Source: the human T2T-CHM13v2.0 reference genome, Homo sapiens. From it: a stretch of DNA of 64,000 bases. A program made the position numbers and the translations under genes. The stretch lies in NCBI RefSeq assembly GCF_009914755.1, contig NC_060928.1; one strand, written 5' to 3'. The notes under the pieces were generated by a model. It had not been told where the DNA came from. It did no database searches and worked only from the letters and a program-made list of their open reading frames with translations. Positions 28,252 to 43,416 of the stretch are shown here, piece after piece; position 1 is the first letter of the stretch; each line of letters begins with the position of its first letter.

Positions 28252-30184
28252 AGAGCTTATTATAAAAAACGGTTTAATTTGGCATATTCTACTGAACACC
28301 AATTCCATATAATCCCTACTCTGGAAGCTTTAAAGATAACTCAGATTTCACAGGAGATAAAAATAAGTTTACACACATGTACATGTGTACACACACACAT
28401 GCACACAGAGGCATGCACTCTGTAATTTTATTAGTGTTAGACAGTTGATGATAAAAAGTATTTTTTAAGACCACTAGGGTATGATTTAACCCTGTCACAA
28501 AATAGGACAGATAAGGTTAGCAAATTATTTTTTCATAAATATATAGGTGAGCCTCTTGACATTTATAAGGAATGCATTCTTATGTTTTTTCTTCCTCCCA
28601 AAGGCAATTATCAAATAAATAATTATAATGTAAATATTGGAAAATAGGTTAAGTGTGTACTATTCAAATTCTTCCAATTCCTTCTTAGATAGGTTACATA
28701 CACTACATCTATAACCAATAAATCAACTTTTAATTTTATTTAATCAATAAAACAACATATGCTTCTATGGTAGAATATCCTCGTTACATATTATAAAATT
28801 TCATGAACTGTTAAGTCATTTGTAAAACTGTGAATATTAAAATGAAATATGCCCAAACCAACTTTTTGTGTATAAATTATAGTTTGTATATATATATACC
28901 CTTTTTTATATATAAACATAGAGAATTATACATGTCTTTACATATGTATACTAAAAGTCCATGTGCAATCTGAAATATTCTCCAACATTTTCGTTGATTT
29001 CATGAAATTTTATATTTCTTTTCAAATTGGCATATTTCACTTAGCTATCTATTTGCATTATTTTCCACTGCATTTTCAGCAGTGTAAAACAGTTTGCAAT
29101 TATCAATGTATAGCTCTACAAATATATTAAGACCATTTGGGGGCTAATTTTATAAATAGGTAACTAATTAGTGAATAAGTTTGTCTTATGAGTACCTATG
29201 CTTCTTTTTGTAGCCTCATAATTTTGGAAATTCAGATATTCAACTCTTGCTAGTTTAATCTGTCTTGGAGTTTCTGTGAGTGAGTCACTGGACCAAAAGC
29301 TGACCTAAAGAGATGCAATATTGTGTAGGAAAGCATATTCATTAAAGATATATGAATAGCACAATATTTAACATTAGTGCCTAATTCTAAAGGAACCCAG
29401 GTTTTACAACTTTATATGCTGAAGCATCGATACAATTTAATAGTATATATTATCTCATAGTGCTTTGTAATTGATTTATGATTCTTTCATACTTAAGAGA
29501 TATTCTAAAATAAATTCTCTGAAGTCCCTAAGAAGAGATATTAGTGAGATGTTCCTACCATAGACTGCCAACTCATTCCGTTATCTACCTAGACTTCTTC
29601 TACCTTCTGACTTTTAAAGTATAACTCAAATTCCACATCATCCACTGCTATTCACACTAATCTATTCCTCTTCTGAATTTCCACAGCAATACCCTATTTC
29701 CAGCAGGATTTTTTTTCAAGTATTCACACACTGCTCTGTGCTCTTATTTGGAAATGTCATGTACTTAAAATTTGTTTCACCAGTTCAAGTGCAAGCACAT
29801 TGGCATGCTTTGTGTTTCTCTTGGCTGGGCCACAGTGCTTTTTTCATGTAGCATGAAACAACAAACACTTGGAGAATAAAAATTAATACAACTTAATCTC
29901 ATCAAATTCAGCATCTATGTCTAATACTTTTTTCTGTCTTCCATATGATCTAAAGTAGCTGAGAAGCCGCAGTATTGTTTTCAAAAATACGTACATGGTG
30001 GCTATCATCCAATTGATAGTTCTATAAAATATCTGTTAAGAAATTTGACTGGTTTTACAAAATGTAGCACAGCATAGGAAAAACAAATTATTAATTTCAA
30101 AGTCATGGTAAAATTCTCTTTACTGATCATAGGTGATATGTATTTATAAAGAAAGATATGCATTCGTAGGGAAAGATAGCTGTC

Positions 30185-30390
30185 ATGTGGAAGAATAAAC
30201 ATGAAGTTTACAGTCTGATTGGAGTTTTATTACTGTCCCTGTCTCTCAATAACTGCGTGACTTAACAAGTTTTTTAAACATTTTTGAGCCTCATTTTTTA
30301 TGTATGTTAATAACATTTGTTCTACAGAGTTTTGTTTTAAATAATAGATGCAACAACAATGACAAAGTACTTTTAAGCTATATAAAGTTA
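30185..30390 (+). mobile_element. MIR (degenerate)
   Basis: 'taactgcgtgacttaacaagttttttaaacatttttgagcctcatttttt'. Confidence 0.6.
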
Positions 30391-30848
30391 GGATTTTCAG
30401 AATTATTTTGATATCAAAATGTTACTGTGACACAATTCAAATTTCAGATTAAGAAAATTAATAACTGTCTCACCTGAATTATATGGAACAATACACAAGT
30501 ATTCTATATACACACAAGATAGAAAGCTAAGAATAAGAAGTAAACAAAAACCATCTTGTATTTATAGAATACTTTCTTTAAAACAACCTATAACTCAGCC
30601 AGAATTTACTGGTTACAAGGCATATAGTTATCTATAAATACAAAGAAGCCCTCAAGGAAGGAAATACTGAATCATATTTTTATGCTGCTACTCATGCATT
30701 TTTATTAAGAATTTCAAAACCAACACTTGAAATGAAACTGAGACATTGTAAAACATCGGTTTTACAACTCTCCATTTCTGCCTACTCCAAGTCCAAGAAA
30801 CGTTTGATAAATTTTGAAGATACTATATCCTGAGTTATTTCTAATTGC

Positions 30849-31680
30849 TCATTTACTCATTTATGCATTCATCCAATCAGTATTGATGTAATCAGTATTT
30901 TTTTCTCAGACATGCTGATAGATTGTAGGTGTATGGTTGTAAACTGCACACACATGTTCTCTGCCTTCATGGAGTTTATAGCTTAGTGGGGAATTAAAAA
31001 TATATGTAGGTTAGCAATTTAACATACATATGAGTTCGTTCTATGCTAAGTAAAAAGGGGGATAAAATAGTGCCGATTTTGAGATCAGCATTATAGAATC
31101 TACTTTAGAAGAGTAGTGTAAAAGTCTTCAACTAACTGACTTCTAAGTTGAGTCATGAAGGATAAGAAGTCAATTTTACGAAGAGCAGAGAAAAGAGTCT
31201 CTGCAAAGGCTGTGGGGAAGAGCATGTTTTGATGCACTTGAACAGCATCAAGAACTTGAAGAAGCTGTCGCCGCTGGAGCTGAGAAAGCAGCAGAGGTGG
31301 GCACATGAGTGGATGGTGAATAGGAAGTCAGGACTGAAACCAAACAAGTCCTTGGGAACCACGACAAGAATTTTCATTTTATTTGCATTACAAAAGCTAT
31401 TGAAGACTCTTAAACAGACGGCAAATTAATAGATTTATGCCTTTTAAAACAGGATTTTTTTTTAAGCTGAAAGAGAGTAAAAGGAGAAGCAGGGAAGTAA
31501 TAAAAAACACACCTCAGTGCGCCACTGCACTCCAGCCTGGGGGACACAGAGCAAGACTCCGTCTCAAAAAAAAAAAAAAAAAAAAATGCATACCTCAGGA
31601 GCCTGCGTTGTCTAGGTGACAGGTGATACTGGCATGGACTAATGGGGTAACAGAAAGTAACAGCATCTGTCTTTAATGTA
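30849..31680 (-). mobile_element. L2 3' portion
   Basis: (CATT)n-like tail 'tcatttactcatttatgcattcatcc' and 'ctgccttcatggagtttatagcttagtggg'. Confidence 0.75.
31518..31586 (+). mobile_element. Severely 5'-truncated Alu (last ~50 nt plus polyA)
   Basis: 'tgcgccactgcactccagcctggg...gactccgtctc' followed by polyA, with TSD core ACCTCAG on both sides. Confidence 0.9.
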
Positions 31681-32090
31681 TTTTCCTTTAAAAAGTGGAA
31701 CTGTCAGTGAAAGAAATTGAACTGGGGGTTCACTTAAAATCCTTGGTTTATTTTAGGGAAAGGGGAAAAAAGAGATTTTTATTAACTTCACTGCTACCAG
31801 CACAAATATATTCATAGAAAATATATCTCTGGTCTGCCTTGTTCTAAAAAACCTTATCTTAGAAACATTCTATTATTTCAAGGAAGTTATGCTCTAAAGA
31901 TTGTCAAACATTATTTTTACACATGTATTTAACATTTTCTACGTTCCACACACAACGATTGATATTTTTTGTATATATTTATCTAATTTCCATAACAATA
32001 CTATCTCCTTTTTTGAGGTAAAGAATGAGAAAAAAATAAGAAACATGTCTAAGGTCCAAGGTGATACCACTCATTAAATTGAGAACTTAA

Positions 32091-32399
<309 letters not shown>

Positions 32400-32720
32400 T
32401 AATTCAGAACTTAAACCTGCTCTTGCCTCTGCTTGACTCCAGACCTCATGGTCTCTGTCCCAATTCACCAGTTGTTTTCTTCCTTCCTTCCTTTCTCCCC
32501 TTTTTTCTTCTTTCCTTCCTTCCATCATTTTTTCCTGTCCCAATTTACCAATTCTTTCTTTGTTTCTTTCAAAAAAAAGTATTGATTTATTCGTATTTTA
32601 CTTTTTTACATTAGTTATTTATATTATTCTATTTTTAAACATTTTTTTCTATGTTCCACAAAGAATTTCTTAATTTTATTCTATTACTCTGAACTCCAAG
32701 ACATAGAAGGGAAGTATTAA

Positions 32721-33452
<732 letters not shown>

Positions 33453-33869
33453 TAATTTATCCTGAAATAATTCTAAATTGGTACGTTCATCCCAAAACTC
33501 CAAGTCTGTGCAGAAGCAGACCTGCTGTGCCCCAGCATGATGATAGAAACTTGGATGAATTTACTAGTTGTGAGTAGGACATATTGTCAAATATCTCTCT
33601 GTCTCCTTGTCAATATGCTCCTTGTCAAATATTCCTCTGTCTCCCCTACAACTATTTCATGACCTCCATTAAAATCTCTTATTACTCTGATCCTTTTAAG
33701 ATAAGCATGTCATCAGAACTGGTTAGTATGAAAATAAATGGGTAGATACAGAGTTAAGCAGTGTGAAAACCATACAAACCCATGCTAATACAATGAGAAA
33801 TCATCGAAGAGAGTGGTTATAGTACCAGCTAATTTTATGGAAAGAAACATCTTTGAGCAGCCTAAATCA

Positions 33870-34097
33870 TGGCTTCTCAACTTTGCCACTACTAACATTT
33901 TGGGTCGATGATTCTTTGTTGTGGAAGGTGGTCCAGTGCATTGTAAAATGTTTAGAAGAATCCCTAAGCACTATCTACTTGATGTCAGTAGCAACACACC
34001 TATTCTCCATCCTGTTATGACAACCAATAATATTTTAGGACATTGCCTAATTTCCTGTGGGGAGGGGAGCAAAATTAACCCTGGTTGAAAACCACCG
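33870..34097 (+). mobile_element. MER20 (hAT-Charlie MITE)
   Basis: Terminal inverted repeats 'catggcttctcaac' and 'ggttgaaaaccaccg', with internal 'tgcattgtaaaatgtttag'. Confidence 0.85.
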
Positions 34098-34289
34098 GTC
34101 TAGAGCATAGAATTCTAGTCAGAGAACACATTCCAGCTGCAAAAAAATACATAGTATTCCTAGGATGTTCTCAAAATGCTAGTACTAGCTGGTAATACAG
34201 AAGTGCCCAAGAGTTTCACAAAGCATAAGGGAAGGTGAGTGGATAATGATCAAATGAAGGTTCTATGTTATGTTATTGGGGGAAAAAAT

Positions 34290-34368
34290 AAAGAAGAAGA
34301 GTAAGAAGAAGGAGAAGGAGGAGGAGGAGGTAGAGGAGGAGAAGGAGAAGGAGGAGAAAGAGGAGGAA
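34290..34368. repeat. GA-rich (GAA/GGA)n low-complexity tract
   Basis: Polypurine run of gaagaa and gaggag units. Confidence 0.85.
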
Positions 34369-34412
34369 AAACAAAACTCTGGAGTTTGAGCTGCTTCAAA
34401 TATGGCAGAGCT

Positions 34413-34709
34413 GGCCAGGAGTGGTGGCTTACGCCTGTGATCCAGGCACTTTGGGAGGCTGAGGTGGCAGATTACCTGAGTTCAGGAGTTTGAGACCAGC
34501 CTGGGCAACAAGGCAAAACCACATCTCTACAAAAAATAAAATTAAAAAATTAGCCCGTCGTGGTAGTGTGTGCCTGTGAACCTAGCTACTTGGGAGGCTG
34601 AGGTCAGAGGATCACTTGAGCCTGGAAGAGGAGGTTGCAGTGAGCCAAGATAGCAACATTGCACTCTAGCCTGAGTGACAGAGACCCTGTTTCAAAAAAA
34701 AAAAAAAAG
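34413..34709 (+). mobile_element. Alu (AluJ-like)
   Basis: Dimer plus polyA, with TSD core ATGGCAGAG at 34402-34410 and 34710-34718. Confidence 0.95.
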
Positions 34710-35019
34710 ATGGCAGAGTCTAGGTGGTTGCTTTCCAGGTAGATAGGCAGGAGCAGTGATGGGAATGAGAGAGAGATTCCAGACAGAAAATAAATACTCT
34801 GGAGAAAGGCATGGATTATGAAGATGCTTTTTTTTTTTAAATGAACATTGTTTGCAGAGTAGGAAAGAAGTTTCCTGACTCAATATAAAAAGACTTCTGT
34901 GCCTAGGAGTTTATGCCATATTCTAGAGGTAACAGAAAATCATCAAAACATTGCAAGAGGAGATTTACTTATAAAAACGGATAGATGTGTAGGTGGGTAA
35001 GAAAGTTTAACAATTTTAT

Positions 35020-35218
35020 ATCTGTGTCAGCAAAGCCATAGTCTGTAGGGGAAATCTAGCTCCCTGCCTCATTTTATGAATAAAGTTTTATTGGAATACA
35101 GCACACTTATTTATGCTACAATGGCAGAGTTAAGTAGTTGTAACAGAGACTGTATATAGTTTGCAGAATATAAAATATTGTATATCTGTCCCTTTATTTA
35201 AAAAGCTGTCCAATTTTT
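35020..35218. mobile_element. MER58A-like hAT-Charlie MITE
   Basis: 'aataaagttttattggaatacagc' and 'gctacaatggcagagttaagtagttgtaacagagact'. Confidence 0.85.
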
Positions 35219-35274
35219 TAAGTGTAGAAAGTTACCTGTTAAATTTAAATTAAATATTTAATTTAAAAAGTTGC

Positions 35275-35715
35275 CCATTGCGTTTTGATGTTCCTACCCA
35301 CCTTCTGCCTGCCCCAATTCATATGTTGAAGCTCCAGTATGACAGTATTTGGCCATACAGCATATAAGGAGAAAATTTAGGTAACAGAGGGTCAAAACAA
35401 TGGATCCCTAATTCAATAGGACTGGTGTCCTTGAAGAAGAGGAAGAGACACAAGGGAGCTAGTGCTCTCTCTCCTTCCTCCTTGCTCTCTTTCTCTTGCT
35501 TTTTCTCTTTGTGTACATACAGAGGAAAGATCATATGAGGACACAGCCAGAAAACAGCTATCTACAACCCAAACAAAAGGCCTTGTCAAAAACTGATTCT
35601 GCAGGCAACTTGATCTTGAACTTTCAGCCTCTGGAACTGACAAATTATACTTCTGTTGTTTAAGTCACTCAGTGTGTGGTATTTTGTCACACAGCCAGAG
35701 TAGACTAATATGACA
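35275..35715 (+). mobile_element. MLT1A-like MaLR LTR
   Basis: 'aattcatatgttgaagc' and 'gatcttgaactttcagcctctggaactg...ctgttgtttaagtcactcagtgtgtggtattttgt'. Confidence 0.85.
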
Positions 35716-35981
35716 ATCCTTGGCCTAGATCATTTATTTATTCAAGAACATTATGCACAGTAATTTTACAGAGCATTAGAATTACTAATATGTGAAAACC
35801 ACGGTTTCTACCCTATCAAAGCTCATAGCCTAGTAGAGGGAGACAGATGTGTATTTGGCTGACAGTCTACATGGGCAGTTTTCAAACAATTTTAATGTGC
35901 AGAGTCACTTGATTCTTTTTTTTTTTTTTTACTACCTAAGATAATAAAAGGAAAAAACTGTTCTCATCTGCTTGGAGATTT

Positions 35982-36597
35982 TGATAGTGACAGGAGACAG
36001 ACAAATTCCTAGGCAGACAGAGATGGGTCCCTAGTGAAACCCCACCTTCAAGCTAATGACAGTCTAAAGGCTGAAAGCCGAGCTACCAGTTCCAGTTAAA
36101 GTCCACGACCAGAGTGAGAACTTCCATCCTTGTCTTACCCACTCTTTCTCAATTGCTTCTTTCTGAATGATGTCGTTTAACCAATTAAATGGTGCTTTTT
36201 CCAAGACCACCCATGGACCAATCAGCATGCATTCCCCCATTATAAGCCCATAAAAACCCCACACTCACCCTCACAGATGGCGACCTGCTTTCAGGTCCCC
36301 TCTCGCTGATGAATAAAATTCTACTCTGCCTTACTCATTCTCCGGTGTCCATGTTCCTCATTCCTCTTGGTCATGGGACAGGAACTCAGAATTTGCTGAA
36401 CTGTGGGAGCAAAAGAGCTGTAATGCTCCTACTCACCAAGCTGTGGGTGGCAGAAATAAAAGAGCTGTGACACTTCCTCCCACTTGCCAAACAACGGGAG
36501 TGAAGAAGCAACTGGGTGCAACTCCCTCCTGCTTGCTGAACAATGGGAGAGAAGTTGCTGCTGCTTATTGAACTACAGGAATGAAAAAGCCACAACA
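35982..36597 (+). mobile_element. ERV1 solo LTR (LTR27/LTR1 group)
   Basis: TGATAGTGACAGGAGACAGACAAATTCCTAGGCAG start, CCAAT boxes, a TATA-like 'cataaaa', AATAAA, repeated 'aaaagagctgt' U5 units and a CA end. Confidence 0.8.
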
Positions 36598-36809
36598 CTT
36601 TTACCATTTGACCCTCTCTTGCTTTAAAAAACAGATAAACAGAATTTTTGTGCAAAATGGCTTGAAGATGCAAGAAAAGTGCTTACAACAACCAGAAACA
36701 GATCTCCCAGGCTAGGGATGGGCTGGAACAATATGTCTTGTTCTAGGACCCAAGCAACCTGGGGCCTCTTCCCTGGCAGCAACTCAAGTAGAGCCTTCTG
36801 TGTCTGGGC

Positions 36810-36978
36810 ATGCATTGTCAACAGGGGTGATATCACTCCAGGGGACAAAAATTGGTTCATGAGTGGTGAGAAAAATCTTAGGTATTACAATAGTCCATAA
36901 TCTCTTGAAGGGCCACAATAACATATTAACAGGTAGACAACATAGCTGTATAGAGGGACAAAAGGTTGAGAAATGCTG
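36810..36978. mobile_element. hAT-Charlie MITE (MER112/MER117-like), internally deleted
   Basis: 'tcaacaggggtgatatcactcc...aaaaggttgagaaatgctg' followed by GTCTAGAG, an NTCTAGAN-type Charlie target. Confidence 0.6.
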
Positions 36979-39226
36979 GTCTAGAGAAATTGACCAATTC
37001 TGGGAAACCCAGAGGGAATCCTACTCTGTATAATCCTAGCACAGAAGCAGCAGAGTGGTCACACCAATAGACCATGTGGACACTGAAAAAGGATTTTACC
37101 AAGAAACTAAAATGACAGATGACTAACAAGTCTTACCGTACCTTAGCACCACATTACAGTCCTCCAGAAACTTGGCAACAATCTTGTGACAGAAAAGTCT
37201 TCAAGAATAATGAAGGTTGAATTCCCCACCAGAGGGGTTCAGATGTATATTCCCACAGAGGGAGGGGTCAAGTTGAAAATGTGGGAAATAGATTGACATC
37301 AGTTTCTTGCACTGAGTTTGTAGAAAGAGATTCAGACCTGCTGCTATGGAAACAATAATATGGAATACAGGGTAAATAGACATACTTAAAGAATGAAGAA
37401 GAAGGTGCTAAGAAAATAGAGACATAATAGTTCATTCTGCCTAAGATGGGAAATAGAGGAGAGTAACCTATTATAAGAAAAAGATCAATAGATGAGATTC
37501 CAGTAAAAGAATGATGAGACCTTGACTGAAAACAATGGCAGGGGAGGTGAAGAGGACATTGGAGATGGAAGAGATATTTAGAAGGATAACTGATGGGATT
37601 AGGCTACTAATTGAATCCCAGTTGAAAGGGTCAGAGTGAATGAGATATTGAAGATAATTCCTTTAAAGAATGTACAAAGAAGAAGAGATCACAGGAGAAA
37701 AAAATTGCCCATCTCCTTAGGAAAAGCGCAGATTTTTAAATGTTTTGTTAGAGTAAATTCTAGCAAGGATTGTTTAATCTTAGAGCAAAGCCTGTAAATT
37801 CATGGCCATTAAGCTAAGTGTGGCCTTAAGAGGGCTTTGTTTGCAGTTTTGTATTGGCAACACTTTTAAAAATAACAGGATTCTTTAAAAAATAGAAAAA
37901 ATAATTTTGTGTTTGTGAATGTTTAAAAATCATACAATGTAATGTCTCATAATAATCCAGATTTCTGAATCCCCAGGCTTACATTTCCATCTAACTACAA
38001 GAAAAACTCAGCTGAAGATGACTACTGGAAGCTTCCTTTACATGGGCATACGGTTTTCAGTTAACCATAATCCTCCCCACTCCCTGGAGTATTTCCCCTC
38101 TGCTTTCTTCATTGCCTGACTAGCTCTACAGGACTCCAACAAACCCATCACCATAGAAATTAAACTTCAGAAGACATCATGAGAACAAAATACGTCTCCA
38201 AACCAGAGAATAAAGGATGTTGCAATATGCAAATGGAAATTTGACTGAAGTCCTTCTTTTGCATGTCACTGCATACAAGCAATGTTTCAAGAAAAGAACA
38301 AGATTAGCTGGGAAAGATTCACAAAAAAATAAAAATAAATAAGCATGAAAGAAAATATGCATTCATAATAGAAGCAATAAATACTATTGTAGAGAGAAAA
38401 CATTAAGTAGACTTTCTAATTCTGATTAAGTAGGTTTTCTAGTTCTGGAGTTAGAACATAAATTTTCAAATAATTATTAGTAATTATTATCAGTTATGCC
38501 TATCTCTCCCCAAGACAATTTGCAATTACCAAATTATCATATAATTTACTTCATCAGAAGTGTTGCCATTTCCGCCCATCCATTTTTGCAACATTTATAT
38601 TTATTTAAAAACTGTTCTCCTCTTGAGCTGATTTTCTCCAGTACTGGAAAGAAAAAGTACTAAAAAGCAAGTTCATTTTATCATGGAAAGTTCACTCTGG
38701 TGACATTATTCTCCAATTTCTAAAAATCCTAAACCATTTTGCACCCAGCTTGAACCAACAGCTGTAGCTTTTCTGCTCTCAGTCCCTAATTTGTTTGCAT
38801 TTGGCTTATATTTCTAGCTCTTTGGAGTGCTGATAATTATACTTGTCTGGGAGGCTTAGAAGCTGTAAAAAATCTGGACCTTCTCACTTTTCAGCACAAG
38901 CAGACAAGGCTCAGGCTCCAATTTGGAACTGCATGACTTAAATGGAGCATGTGAGCCCAGAGACATCAACAGCAACCTGGCAGCTTGAAGACTGTTCTCC
39001 AAAGCCACTCACCATATGTTGGCTACAAATTGAAGACCAAACAGGCCACAGTGGTACATAGGATTCAAATGGACCTCTGTTAACATATGTGTTTGGCATG
39101 CGGCAGGTGAAATGTTAATAGAACCTGATAATCTCAGTCACATTGTTACTGGGATATTCTTCCCAATCTAGAGACATCGTGACAGTCTGACTAATTTAAA
39201 TATCATAAAATATAGTGATTATATAG

Positions 39227-39576
<350 letters not shown>

Positions 39577-39861
39577 AAAATGAAGTCAGTTTTTAAGACA
39601 TGTGGACAAGAAACAATGTTAGATATGTTTAAATAATGGTGCATATATTTATTTGCAAAATTATTAAAGGCATATAAAAATATTCAGATATATCAGGAAA
39701 ATATTATTATTTATCACTTACTGATAGCTAATAATACATTTCATGTTAGGGCTGAGCACTTAGAGAAATTTAAAATCTATTTCTTTCTAGATTTGTGATT
39801 TAAATTAAAAACCTGAAATGTGTTTTAAGTTCATGTTCAAACATTAAGAACTTTAAATTGG

Positions 39862-40229
39862 TGCTACAATCTGAATGTTTGTGTCCCCTCAAAATTCATA
39901 TATCAAAATCTAATCATCAGTATACTGATCATCAGTGTATTAGCAGGTAGGGCCATTCAGAGATGATTTTTTTCACTTTTACATTTTATAATGGATTAGT
40001 GGCCTTATAAAAGACACCAGAGAACTAGCTTGCTTCTTCTACCATGTGAGGAAACATCTAGAAGGTGCCATCTATGAAGCAGGAAGCAGGCCTTTACTGA
40101 CATCAAATCTGCTAGTACTTTGATCTTGGACTTTCCAGCCTCCAGAACTATGACGAGTAAATCTCTGTTGCTTATAAGCTATTTTCAGTTTACGGTATTT
40201 TGTTATACCAGCCTGAATGGACTAAGGCA
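39862..40229 (+). mobile_element. MaLR LTR (MLT1A/MSTD-like)
   Basis: 'tgctacaatctgaatgtttgtgtcccctcaaaattcata...cagcctgaatggactaaggca'. Confidence 0.87.
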
Positions 40230-41707
40230 GCTGGCAATCCATTTGTTGGGATTTGGAAGTGTGTTAAAAAGCACTTAAATTTGGTTTCTTCTGTTTCACA
40301 CTGACTTAGTCTGCACTGAGTGAAACATAGCTCTAGGCAGTAAGTCCATTATCAATATTAAGGTTATTTCTTTTCAGTTTTTGGAGAAGAAGCAGTCATA
40401 TTGTTGGCAAACTCACTTATGTTAAACAGTTGTCCTTATTTAAAAATAAATTAAAACCATTAAAAAAATCAGCGAAGAATTTGAGACTTTAAAAAAAAGA
40501 AAAACAGAAATTTCTTTTGACTTGCTTAGATTTAAGATTGACTGCCTAAACAAGAAGAGAACATTTCATTATTTCTCCATATTTTCCAACCTCTCTGTTA
40601 ATAAAACTATGACCTTATACTTCTGAGATGGTAACTACTTCAGAACTATTAATTGCTTTTTTAAGTTTTTTTCTTTCCAAAGACTGCAAAAATAACCTAC
40701 CTAAGAGCTGTTAATTATCATTAAACAGTGAACACAGACATTTTTAGAGGGTTTCTCAAAGTTGTGTCATGATTCCCAAGAACAAGAGGAGTTAGAGTTA
40801 CATCAAGCATGAAACATGTGTTTTGAAAAGTGACTTGATTCACAGGGCTAGAACTTTGCATGGGAGCTGAAAAGACACTTTGTTTAGTTTTAGCAATAAA
40901 TGAGATAAAGTTCCTGGTTTTGATATGTGGCTGCCTTGGAAAATAACATTTGGAGAATGTATATGAATCTGTAAAAACAAACACATACTATAGAGATCTT
41001 TTCAGCATGACTGGAACTGACAAAAATCCAGATGTTCTCTTTTTATGTTGTTGGATCACCACCAAAGAGCAAAAAATAGCACTGATCTCTGCTGACCGGT
41101 ATCATTTGAAGAGGAAGTACTAGCCCTACGACAGCAGGAATTACTCAACATTCTTCAACAGAGGCCTGGAGATCCTCAAAATTTAACACATTCATGTGCA
41201 CATATGAGTCCCGGTTACACTTGCAGTAATAAAAGTATTTGCTTAACTGCATAAATTATCAAGGTTGGCCACCATCTACCATCTATACGAACTCAAAGTA
41301 GCTAAATTATCAATTTTATTGAAGCTTCAGTTTTTATAACAAATCCTGAATAGGTAAGGCCTTTTATTCTTCTAAAAAAAAAAAAACCAAAAAACAGACT
41401 GTAAGATAAGTATATTTAAAAAGCCAAATACTTGCCCATCAGTAGCATGACAAACTGCCAATATGTAAGTTTGAACACAAATTTTAACCTTGCCATTCTC
41501 CACCCTCTTTTGCTGTGCCTCCTCCAAAGGCCATAGCTGGACAAACCTACCCTTCTATGGAGGCATAATTTCCTCTCTCTTTTCATTTTCCATTTTTTTA
41601 AAAGTAGAATTAAATAAAGTCTTAATTTAAAAAATAAAATATAGTAATAGTTGTAATAATTGAGAAACACTGTAAAACCAAAAGGATGTTTCATACCCAA
41701 TAATTAG

Positions 41708-41740
41708 GTGTGTGTATCTGTGTGTGTGTGTGTGTGTGTG
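41708..41740. repeat. Interrupted (TG)n microsatellite
   Basis: Dinucleotide run. Confidence 0.9.
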
Positions 41741-42849
41741 CATGCGTGTATTGGACATACACAATTTTCTGAAGTCTACTGAGGCAAATGCAGAGCAAGT
41801 GTGGGGTGTGTAGTCGGGGTGGAGGAGACTCAGGGGACCAGAAAAATATAAAGGGTGGGAAAAAAGAAACAATATGAAAGCTATGGGAAATCAACTACCT
41901 TTGCCTTCACAGAGAAATAAATAAGTCTATGGGAAGAGAAAGAGCAAAAAAAAAAAAAAAATGAAAACTATTCCCAAAGTAAAAATAAAACAACTGAGAA
42001 TTAAAAGAATCAATAAAGGTTAAATCAGTGAGAAGGCAAATCTTTGAGAATTAAGAACACAAGCAATCAAAACAATAATTTCAAAGTCAGATGAAAAGTA
42101 AATCTTCATTATGCCTTATTTTGCCTTAAAATATAAAAATATGAAAAACAAAATTTTATAACAAAAAATTTAGATGTGTTAACTTTATCCATTTATTCCA
42201 AAAGATATATTAAGAGCATTCTGAAAAAAGATATGGGCTGATTTTATAATATTTCTTTAATTTTAAACTCATAGTTATCTACTCTATTATATATATTACA
42301 TATATATAAAATTTAAAGTCATGTATAAAGAAATAAAACTGTTTAGAAAATAGAATACTGCTACAATTCCAATTAAGCTAACTTGTTACCTGGCCATTTA
42401 TTGTAATAAGGAATATAGTTGTCTCAATAAACTAACTATTATTTAGTTTCCTTAATATCATTCCACTTCTGCACTGTGTAGAACATGGTTTTGGCTAAAG
42501 TCATATGATTTTAAAAAACCAACTTTTTAATAGTAAATTAAGATGACAACTCTAGGAAAGTGTGTGAAAAATTTTAAATATATCTTAAAGGTAATTTTAT
42601 TTCTAGATACACCATAAATATAGTTTGAATACAAAAGAATAAATCAAACAATGCAACTCATCACAATCCATAAAGAGAATTTTTAATACATGGCAGTCCC
42701 TTTAGAGTTAATGAGTTGTCTGACTCTTAGGATGATGGCTTCCATCTGGATCAGCTCTTGGCAAGTTGATAGCCAGGCATTTAACTGGATCTTTAAAACT
42801 TGATTCTGTCAGCTAATGACAACAACAAAAAAAGATAGTATGCAATTAT

Positions 42850-43416
42850 TTCAATCAATCAATCAACAAGGATTTTTGTGCACACATCATTTTGTCATTA
42901 TTGTGCTAGATATAATGGAAGTTTGCAAAAATAAAGGATATGTATGACATATATCAGTCTTAAAAAGTATGTAAATTCGGCTTGAAGAGGTAAAAACAAT
43001 ACACATGAAATAATTAGCCAAGTTAACAGCATATTCTTAAAGAGTGATTTATAGAGATGGGTGAAGATGCTGTAGAATATTGGAGAAGATAAGATGAATA
43101 AATGTCAGAAAGATCAGAGGCACTTTCAGTGGTGCAAAATCTGGAAGGATACATAAGATTAAATGAGTAAAGGGGGAAGAAACTGTTTTCTCCTTAAATG
43201 AATGGATGGAACTGCATAAAATAAACATAGGAAACAAAGGGCAGTAAGTACAAATTTGGGCGGAGAATGTGAGATGAATCACCAGACCAATACAAATGGA
43301 TGTGTCAGGGAGCAAAGCAAGGTACAAACTGACAACACGCAGAATGGATATAAAGAGACTTGAAAACAAAGCAGAATTTGAGTCTGGTGTCAAAAGTAAC
43401 TGGGAGTCTGTGGTAA
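42850..43416 (-). mobile_element. L2 3' portion, split by L1; continues after 47470
   Basis: 'ttcaatcaatcaatcaacaaggattt...tgtgctagatata' is an antisense L2 tail. Confidence 0.6.

Noticed and set aside
35244-35267. Perfect 24-bp palindrome TTTAAATTAAATATTTAATTTAAA
   Set aside because: It is A/T only and low complexity, so chance occurrence is plausible at this composition.
36400-36597. Spaced direct repeats (aaaagagctgt..., gggag units) superficially like a CRISPR array
   Set aside because: These are degenerate tandem units in the U5 region of an ERV1 LTR. The context is eukaryotic and there are no cas genes.
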